Source: a virus. From it: a DNA stretch of 64,000 nt. Positions 27,701 to 35,000 of this stretch are shown one piece after another (position 1 is the first letter of the stretch; each line of letters starts with the position of its first letter). The translations under genes were made by a program, and so were the position numbers. Where the stretch lies: the IMG/VR virus record IMGVR_UViG_3300027795_000039, positions 32,001 through 96,000 of that record; one strand, given 5' to 3'. The notes under the pieces were generated by a model, which saw only the letters and a program-made list of their open reading frames with translations, had not been told where the DNA came from and searched no databases.

Positions 27701-29848
27701 GCGGGCGGCAAGTAGTCAACACCAGTTGGTGTTTCTACAGGCCGAAGCCATTCTTTACGTCGTTGCCACTGAGCGAGAGCAATTTCACTGAGATTTTCTT
27801 TCCATACTGGATCATTCCAGAATTTTCTCTGTGATTCATACCACGCTTCAGTATGACGAGAACCGTTACATCCACGTTTCTGGATTTCGATGCCAGCTTC
27901 TACGAGCCACTTGCGTGCCTCGCCATAGTTAACACCGTATTTTGCGCCAAGCTTTCGCAAGCCGCCGGTTTCTTCGTAATCCTGTTGAAGCTGTTCTTTG
28001 CTAAGTGATGTGCTGCGTGTAGTCTCTACGGAGTCCCCAGGCTCTGGGGTTCCCTCGGTATTGTCCATTAATTTTATCCTACCACATGGTAGGGAGAGGA
28101 GTCCACCGATATAGCAGCATTGTCATCTGCCTGTTACCAAGCAGCGGGGCCTCGAAGATAACTTTTAGTAATAGAAAGTTACTCTCTGTTAACCCTGGCC
28201 GGCGAATTGCGCCAACCACGAAAGCGCTTCGGTCAAACCGAAGAAACGGTCATTTTGTTACTCATCGTTTAAAAAACGATGGGACTAGTCATTTCTGCTA
28301 GTCTCTACGTGTTTCCACGCAGATCAGACTATACCATAATCTGATGTAAATCAGACTCCGCGCGTCTAGTCGTTACGGACTCGCCAATCACTGGATGCAA
28401 TTGGATTGCCTCGGTATTGTCCACATAACCACTGATTTTCATCAATGCGAAGGAGTTTCACCGATACAGCGCGGTTTGCACTCACACATTACTGCATGAG
28501 GCCCCTACCATTCTTCATAGCGAGGGAACGTTCAAATCTACTTCCGTCTGCGAGCCAGACGGCGGTAGATTCATGGGCCAGTTCGTCGCACTCATGGTCC
28601 CAGAGTTTTGTACCAACTCTGGTATACTTATATCGACGACCCCTTGACCACCAGTTTGTGATCCACTGATGCCCGTGAACACCTTCGCTTGCCGTGCGGT
28701 ACCTTGACCAGCAGGACGAGGAAGCTTATTACGAAACACCGTATACACTGGATTGTGCTGTTACCTTCACGATCACTCGTGACGGGCTGGTCATCTCTGC
28801 CAGCCTCTTACGCTTTGACGTAAGACCAGACCATATCTTCGCCCGCCTCAGCGGGGTCGCGTGCATGGTCGTTGAACCTTCCCATTCTCATCCCGAGGAG
28901 TGGGCTCGGCTGCTGATCATCCCTACCACGTATTTCTCAAGCATTCGCGCTCATGTTTTCACATCACGCTGTAGCATACGTGTCTAACAGGAGGTTCCAG
29001 CAATTCTCGCGATTTAATCACGCTCATTACTGAGCGGAGATCCCTCCACTTGAGATCAGCCGCGAAGGTGCGACACTACTTCGCATTCAAGTGGAAGACA
29101 CACGCGTTACCGCGTGAGGACCCCATCGCAATGAAAGGTCGAACGGAACAAGGCCGGACACTGATCCAATGCCAAGTGCTAATTGTTACTCATCACATAG
29201 TGTGATGGGCCTGGTTGTTTCCACCAGACTCTGCAATTTTACCATCATTGCAGTTCGGAACGTCTCATGATCCATAAACGTTGTACTGTAGCATCTCAAT
29301 ACGCGATTCATCATGGATCCAGTACATACGTTCTCTGCACTACGATAGATGCCATCGTAGCTCAGGATTACCCATAATATGGAGGGCTTCCCCTGAACAG
29401 TACTGTTATCAGCTACTCGTTACCGAGTGGCGGGGCCACTTGACCCAGCAGTGAAACTTTTGGCAACTTCCGCCCCACCCGGCATGCTCGCCAGCAGCTT
29501 CTGGATCTGCTCAACAGGCGACGGGGTGTTTAGCGCAGTTGAGAGAAAACCTCTTTGCGCTAGGAAATCTGGACTCATACCCTTAACAACACTCGGGCGG
29601 TCCGTCAGACCTTGGTAGATCGACGTCCTGAGATCCAGCGTTGCCTGTGCTGATCGCATCAGGATTTCGCCTGGGTCGCTCAGCGGCTGGTTGAGGCCCT
29701 GGGCGTAGGTACAGCCCTTGACCAGGGTGGGCATACGCGACTTGATAACGTCGCTTACTGAGCCGGAGCGGTGTGCTTCGACTGCAGCCTCCCGTCCCGG
29801 GAGGCTAAGGTCGGGTCCAATCGGGACCTCGACGGTGGTGGTAGCCAT
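24717..29848 (-). CDS. Major capsid protein, spliced from 11 exons (608 aa)
   Basis: Exons 29848-29443, 29178-29136, 29075-29053, 28753-28523, 28250-28192, 27223-27171, 26906-26066, 25764-25746, 25440-25374, 25101-25048 and 24747-24717 join into a 1827-nt open frame. Capsid identity is inferred from synteny after the prohead protease. Confidence 0.82.
24748..25047 (-). ncRNA. Group I intron I10 (300 nt, IC1-like type)
   Basis: P AATTGCTGGAA, Q AATCAGCAGCC, R GTTCAACGACTA, S AAGAGAGAGTCT; U.G at the 5' splice site and terminal G. Confidence 0.9.
25102..25373 (-). ncRNA. Group I intron I9 (about 272 nt, IC3-like type)
   Basis: TTCAGGGAA, AATCCTGAGC, GTGCAGAGACT and AAGAGACAGTCC; the 5' splice site may be 3 nt upstream. 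Confidence 0.88.
25441..25745 (-). ncRNA. Group I intron I8 (305 nt, IC1-like type)
   Basis: P/Q/R/S elements with compensated P7 (GAGC/GCTC); P1 GACCT/GGGTC. Confidence 0.9.
25765..26065 (-). ncRNA. Group I intron I7 (301 nt, IC1-like type)
   Basis: AATTGCTGGAA, AATCAGCAGCC, GTTCAACGACCA and AAGATATGGGCT; P10 AAT/ATT. Confidence 0.9.
26907..27170 (-). ncRNA. Group I intron I6 (about 264 nt, IC3-like type)
   Basis: TTCAGGGAA, AATCGTGAGC, GTGCAGAGACT and AAGAGACAGTCC; 5' splice site uncertain by 3 nt. Confidence 0.86.
27224..28191 (-). ncRNA. Group I intron I5 (968 nt, IB-like type) with an endonuclease ORF
   Basis: TATCGGTGGA, AATACCGAGG, CCGTAGAGACTA and ATGATATAGTCC; 9-bp P10 (ATCTTCGAG with exon TTCGAAGAT). 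Confidence 0.92.
27253..28068 (-). CDS. Intron-encoded DUF559-like endonuclease or maturase
   Basis: YYVDVLL...LAIEIDA...KRSREIRDSGIEIVRF; AGGA site; overlaps the intron core elements. Confidence 0.75.
   Translation of the reverse strand: MDNTEGTPEPGDSVETTRSTSLSKEQLQQDYEETGGLRKLGAKYGVNYGEARKWLVEAGIEIQKRGCNGSRHTEAWYESQRKFWNDPVWKENLSEIALAQWQRRKEWLRPVETPTGVDYLPPAEAELQDALKRASVSFTSNAIVLRGKYYVDVLLHDRLLAIEIDAKPDRVMEEYNVKRSREIRDSGIEIVRFAAEDIFAHADECVRSLSIPAEENPECTIRSPQRTYGLLRSAQVGRRKSDDDIVRSALMEKMQKQAEMTCSPDDDNESK
28251..28522 (-). ncRNA. Group I intron I4 (272 nt, IB-like type)
   Basis: TATCGGTGAA, AATACCGAGG, CCGTAACGACTA and ATGGTATAGTCT. Confidence 0.9.
28754..29052 (-). ncRNA. Group I intron I3 (299 nt, IC1-like type; apparent terminal A)
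   Basis: AATTGCTGGAA, GATCAGCAGCC, GTTCAACGACCA and AAGATATGGTCT; P1 GATCT/GGATC. Confidence 0.88.
29076..29135 (-). ncRNA. 60-nt core-less group I-like mini-intron I2
   Basis: P1 GACCT/GGGTC, 7-bp P10 (TGCGATG with exon TGTCGCA), GTAA-loop P2 hairpin and terminal G; no P/Q/R/S elements; in-frame TGA. Confidence 0.7.
29179..29442 (-). ncRNA. Group I intron I1 (264 nt, IC3-like type)
   Basis: TTCAGGGGAA, AATCCTGAGC, GTGCAGAGAACG and ATGAGACGTTCC; P1 GGGT/GCCC; P10 CAAGTG/CACTTG. Confidence 0.9.
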
Positions 29849-30057
29849 AATGGCCTTTCATTTTTGGTTACGCGTGATTTTCAGCGACGCGCGGCGCGCC
29901 GCTTGCTAAGAAGTGTCGAGGAATGTTGTCGTCATGGTTATTATCCTTACTGGTTTACGCCAGCCTCAGCCAGCAACAGCACGCTTCATCGTGAAGCGTG
30001 CTGCTTTCATTCTGATGCGGCATCCCGCCGCAGTTAACCAGACCCGCTGGTTAAAGT

Positions 30058-30687
30058 CTATTCATCATCTTCATCGTCTTCATCATCGTCGCCATACTGT
30101 GATGATGAATCGTCATCTTCATCAAAGTTTTCATCCAGCTCATTACCATATGGCATTGGCTCATATGACTTATCACCATGCTCAAGGTCCTGGTAACCAT
30201 CTTCAGCACCGTGCTTCTCGTCATAACTCATTTCATCGTGAGACTTCCAACTAGCCTGTTCACGCGAGATTTCTGGTGTTGGTTTATAGGCCTTACCAGT
30301 AACACCGGAATACATCTTCTTAGCGCGATCAATGGTATTGTCACCAGCTGTAGTGGTAGAACGCGATCGTACACCGTGCCCAATTGCACGATTAAGGTGA
30401 TTCACAGCTTCATCGTGCTTACCAGCATCCAGCGCATCAGCAGCTTTACTAAATGCCACTCCAGCCTGATGATAGCGAGTAATATCACCGCCGTGATAAT
30501 CGTTGTCTTCTGCTTCGCTGTGCATCTTATCGCTCATGGAGCGTAGTTTTGTTGAAGCCTTACCAATGCTACTAGCATCATCAGTACCAGCGCCGACTTT
30601 TATCCAGCCGTGAATGTAGCCCTTCGGGCCAACCTTAGTGACATCTGGTTCAGCAACGTTCTTCGTAACTTCCTGTTCCGACTTCAT
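30058..30687 (-). CDS. Small tagged protein with an acidic tail, probably leaderless
   Basis: TGGTATAAT 6 nt before ATG 30687; VTKVGPKGYIHGWIKV. Confidence 0.75.
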   Translation of the reverse strand: MKSEQEVTKNVAEPDVTKVGPKGYIHGWIKVGAGTDDASSIGKASTKLRSMSDKMHSEAEDNDYHGGDITRYHQAGVAFSKAADALDAGKHDEAVNHLNRAIGHGVRSRSTTTAGDNTIDRAKKMYSGVTGKAYKPTPEISREQASWKSHDEMSYDEKHGAEDGYQDLEHGDKSYEPMPYGNELDENFDEDDDSSSQYGDDDEDDEDDE

Positions 30688-30799
30688 ATGATCATTATAC
30701 CACAAGCGCAGCCGTGTGGACGCATCATCATGAACTGACCGGTGATCATATGGTGCAGGAAACATCAGCTCACGATCCTCATATTAGTCGACTGGTGAC

Positions 30800-31486
30800 T
30801 TACCTGGTGCCACTAACCTCGGCCACAACCGCCTGGATGTGTGAGAATGAAGCCGCGAATCCGGGATGCAGCGGCAACATCTGCGCCTCAGCTGCGGTAA
30901 CCCATTTGGTTCCAACTGATTCACTGGCTGTAGTCGCATCTGACGCGTCCGGCGTAAACGTGGCAAGTGACTCAACCAGAACCGTGTGGTACTTCCAGCC
31001 ACCATAGTTAACCGTGATCACCGCGGTGTGCTCGAGGTTGCTGATGTGAGTTGAGCCAAGTTCTTCAGCAGCCTCACGCTTAGCACCCTGGATGGGTGAT
31101 TCACCGTAGTGCAATCCACCACCTGGCGTGCTCCAGGTACCAGATAGGTTCACACATTCACCACGCTGCTGCAACAGGTAGCGAACTTCGTCATCCGCTC
31201 CGTGGTTGTAGATGATCAGGCCTGCCGCACCATCGATACCGAAGTGTGACCTGCCGTGAACATCTGGCACGTAGTGCTCGCTGCTGTTGTCTGGCGGACC
31301 GCCTCGACCCATCTTGCCGAGCGTGGCCTTGATACCCGTGGAGAACCAGGCTGACGCCTTGTTGCCATCCACGTCGATGATCCTGCCGTACCGGTAACGC
31401 GGGTGGAAGATGATGCTGCCGGTTACCTCGCCAGTACGGCGAACGTACACCCAGCCGTTGATGCGCCTGTGCTTGATGATCCTCAT
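30800..31486 (-). CDS. NUDIX hydrolase
   Basis: Nudix box GGGLHYGESPIQGAKREAAEELG; upstream TGGTATACT and CAGGAACAGGAA. Confidence 0.85.
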   Translation of the reverse strand: MRIIKHRRINGWVYVRRTGEVTGSIIFHPRYRYGRIIDVDGNKASAWFSTGIKATLGKMGRGGPPDNSSEHYVPDVHGRSHFGIDGAAGLIIYNHGADDEVRYLLQQRGECVNLSGTWSTPGGGLHYGESPIQGAKREAAEELGSTHISNLEHTAVITVNYGGWKYHTVLVESLATFTPDASDATTASESVGTKWVTAAEAQMLPLHPGFAASFSHIQAVVAEVSGTR

Positions 31487-31588
31487 GTGTCTGGTTCCAG
31501 TTCCTTGTGGTTTCCTGTTCCTGTCCTACAAGATCAGTATACCACAAGGAGCATCAACTTGACACAGGTTCACTAGCTTTTCATGTGC

Positions 31589-31969
31589 TTACATGGTACC
31601 AACCTGGTTAACATCACTGGTACCATAACGACTTACCAGATAAGCATTAGTCTCGGCCTGAGCTGCTGTCCCCTCAACCCGAGACAATCCACGAAGGTGG
31701 TTCACCAATTTCTTATTACCGCCGCCAACAGCCACTGAATCAGCGGCGTCATCAAGACGATCACTCGCCTCAACGTGATCACCAGCGATTTTCGCGTCAC
31801 TAGCGGCGTCAAGATGCATAGCTACGTGTCGCTGGGATGTAGCATTCAACTTATTGAAAGCCTTATGCTCAGGGCTGCCAACTTTAATCCACCCGTGTTC
31901 GTACCCCTCAGGTCCGACTTTGATGACATCTGGCTCGGTATTCTTCGTGACTTCCTGTTCCTGCTGCAT
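31589..31969 (-). CDS. Small tagged protein, probably leaderless
   Basis: TGGTATAAT 6 nt before ATG 31969; VIKVGPEGYEHGWIKV; N-terminus paralogous to 30058-30687. Confidence 0.72.
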   Translation of the reverse strand: MQQEQEVTKNTEPDVIKVGPEGYEHGWIKVGSPEHKAFNKLNATSQRHVAMHLDAASDAKIAGDHVEASDRLDDAADSVAVGGGNKKLVNHLRGLSRVEGTAAQAETNAYLVSRYGTSDVNQVGTM

Positions 31970-32051
31970 ATGACTATTATACCACGTATGCAGCCGAGTA
32001 GCAGCTTCATCGTGAACAGATCTAAGCTGGTATGGATCATACGACACGGTA

Positions 32052-35000
32052 TCACAGTCCGCGCATCGTAAGGATCGACTTCCACGCTGCCTCACGTTGT
32101 GACGGATCCGCGCTGTTGCGGAACTGGTCCTCGAGCTCATGGAGCATCATGGCCTTGGTACGGTTCTGCACGTCTGCCATGTCTGGTACCGCCGACTGCG
32201 TTGCTGACGCTTGCTTGGCGAGGTACGTCGGTGCGGTTAGCATCCCACCACGGTACGCGTTCACCGCAGGATCAGGCTGGCTTGACAGCTCATCAATCGC
32301 CTTCTGCGCCTTCTTCAGCTGCTTGGACTGCTTGACCAGCAGTTCATCACGCTCAGCGATCTGCTTCGAGAGGTTCTCAATCGCCTCTCGTACCCCATCG
32401 CTCTCAGTTACCGACAGCTCACCAGTTACGGTTTCTGCCTTCGTAACTTCTGGTTCGGCTTCAGCCTTCGGGATCGCTGCCAGCGCAAACGCTGCCTCCT
32501 CCACTAGCCGCTTCTCGATCTGCTCAATCTTCCGCTGCCGCTTCAGGTCCTTCTTCGTGAAACCAGCTGCGACCTTATCTGCGATGGTGGTTGCAGCGGT
32601 GGTAGTGGCGGACTTGGTAAGCTGCCGTGGAATTACCACGTTATCCTGGGTGACTGGCTCACCGAGGACTGGCGGTGCAACCGCTTTGCTCGCTGTCTGG
32701 TCGTCATCATCATGTTTCATCGGGCACAGGTCGGGGAACACGTTGGCTACGTGATCGTGGATACCCTGCATCGCGGCCTTAACCTGGTCCTTGGACGCGT
32801 GCGAGTAGAATGTCCGGCTCTTCATGGCCGTGACGTTCGGTACTCCACTCAGGCCAGTTTGCAATCCCTGTGGCATAATTGGGATTGGAACGCTTCCCGG
32901 GATCGAGCCACCAGTCGCACGCAAACCCGACATCATGTCATTCGCCATCGCGACGTTTTGCAGCGCCTGAGTCACGGCCATGGACATCGGACCGTTGTTG
33001 ACTGGGCTCGGTGCTGCTTCACCCACGACTAGTGCTGGTCTGGTGAACTGCTCAGCGTTAATGCTGCCACTTACCACGGGAGTGGTGTTGGGTGGACCCT
33101 GCTGCGGTGACGGTGCAGCGTGTCCCATCGTGACATACGGCCGGTTATAACTGCCCGGCATGATATCACTTGCTGGTGTTGGTGCTGTGCCAGGGCCAGG
33201 ATTAGCGTCACTGAATGCCTTGTGCAGCTCACTTCGCGCCTCATCCAGCACCTTCTGGTCAGCACTCTTCAAGATGCTGGCATGTGCACCAAGCAGACTC
33301 GCCTTAGCTGCTTGGTGGTAAGGAAGTGAAGCGGTCAGGTTGAGCGACTTCTGCTGGAACTCCTCCACGTTCATCTCATCTACCAGATCACGCTCAGGAT
33401 AGCACTTCGCGATACTGGACGGATGGAACGCGGGGCAGGTCAGGTCGTGGAGGATACCGAGGTGCTGTGAGGTATCGAACTTGAGGATACGCTGCATGGC
33501 CCGTGAGCTGGCATCAGCTTTCAGCGTAGGCTGCTCAAGGTGAGTGGGCTGTGCTGGCGCGGAGTTCTGGTCGCCTTCTTGCATACCAGAATCATCCTCA
33601 TACGCCTCTACCTCGGCACCATCTGGCTCCCGGTGCTGTGCCATCGGCTTCGTGTCATGACCCTTTACACCATCAGCTGGTGATGGGCTGTCAACCGCTG
33701 GTGAGACACCCTTGGTGACATCCACCTCAGATGACTTCGATGCAGCTGGCAGTTTAGTACCACAGTTCTTGCACTTTACTCGTTTCGAGTCAGCGTGGTA
33801 GTTCTTACCGCACTCTTTGCAAGACCGCGCTCCACCCTTTACCAGGTCTGGCTCGGCCACGCTCTTCTTCGCACCAGTCTTCTCCGGTTCACTACCAGCT
33901 GCTGCACCACAAGCTGAGCAGAACTGGTGTTTCGCCTTCATGACGCCACCACACTTAACACAGGTGGCTCGGTTCTTCCCGAAGATTGGTGTGTCTGAAG
34001 CCTTATTTACTTCATCGTCATCATCGTTATTGTCATCTGAGTCGTCATCATCCGAGTTATCCGCGTCATCATTCGAATTATCCGCGTCGCTGTTGGAATC
34101 ACCACCATCGCCGTCAGAATCGTCGTCATCGTCATCGTCACCATCATCGTCAGAGTCATCATTATCATCTGTTTCGATGGTGATCTTTTTCTTTTTCTTA
34201 CTCAGCGCTGGTGCATCTGATTTTTCAGCATTATCGTTATCGTTATCATCGCTATCGTCATCTTGCGAGTCACCGTGCTCATCCGACTCACCAGTTGAAA
34301 TTTTACCATCGCCGTGGCACCGTGGGCAAGTTACGTTACCATCACGAATCTTACCACCACCGTGGCAAAGCGTGCATGGCTTAGCATCCTCTGCCTTCTC
34401 GACTTCGGTTTCTTCGCCTGCCTTGTCCACGGTACTATCCTCATTTTTCCAGGAGTCTGGTAGCTGCGCCACGTAGTCTGGTCCCTTACGGTGCGCAATA
34501 CGCTTTATGTTTGTCTTAAGTTGTTCAGGTGAGTGATTGTCATCACCAGCTCGGCCAATGGATTGCGCTGCGTCTGAGACGTCGCCTGGTGAGTGAATCG
34601 GGAATGACCGGTCCTTACCAGCGAAGTCTTGGCCTGGCATCGAATCGCGGTCCACGCCGCCTGGTGTTTTATCCTCACCCACGTTTGAGCTCTTGCTCTT
34701 CAGCGCCAGCACCTTCGCCAGGTCAGCCGGCGTGAACGCCACGCTCACGTCGGCCGGCAGCGTCAGGCTGACGGTTTCCTCCGCCAGTGTGGTCACGCTG
34801 GCTCCTCCCTCATTCTTACCAAAGAAAGCGTGTCTCTTAGCTGGTTCCGGCGCATCACCACGCGCCTCTTCCAGGCTGCTCTTACCGTTTTTAGCAGCCT
34901 CACCGAACCTGTCGATGTGACCTTGTATCTCTTTAGCCTCATCAGGATGACTATCACCAAGGTAAGCGTGTGCCTTGCGAAGGTGCTGGAGCATTTCGTG

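Noticed and set aside
24757-28987. Similar plus-strand ORFs 24757-24978 and 28694-28987 (VVEPSH...WARLLI) as a protein family
   Set aside because: They are antisense translations of paralogous intron cores
29076-29135. Translational bypass (T4 gene 60 type) or TGA recoding to explain the 60-nt insert
   Set aside because: There is no matching landing codon after the ACT-TGA, and TGA is a normal stop throughout the window (many ATGA/GTGA overlaps). The P1/P10/terminal-G geometry fits splicing better.
24748-29442. Repeated non-coding blocks read as a CRISPR array or DGR template repeats
   Set aside because: There is no constant repeat-spacer period and no cas or reverse transcriptase gene in the window; the repeats are group I core elements
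24717-29848. Capsid region read as a pseudogene or as several small genes (26060-26890, 28515-28748, 29420-29848)
   Set aside because: The fragments join in frame at junctions predicted independently by P1/P10 pairing
33990-34290. TCA/TCG-rich tract as a DNA repeat element
   Set aside because: It encodes the poly-Asp region of the protease-scaffold protein
32032-34476. Long plus-strand ORFs opposite the protease (32032-32754, 33817-34476) and similar ORFs opposite other large genes
   Set aside because: Shadow ORFs from codon bias and low-complexity tracts, with no recognisable domains
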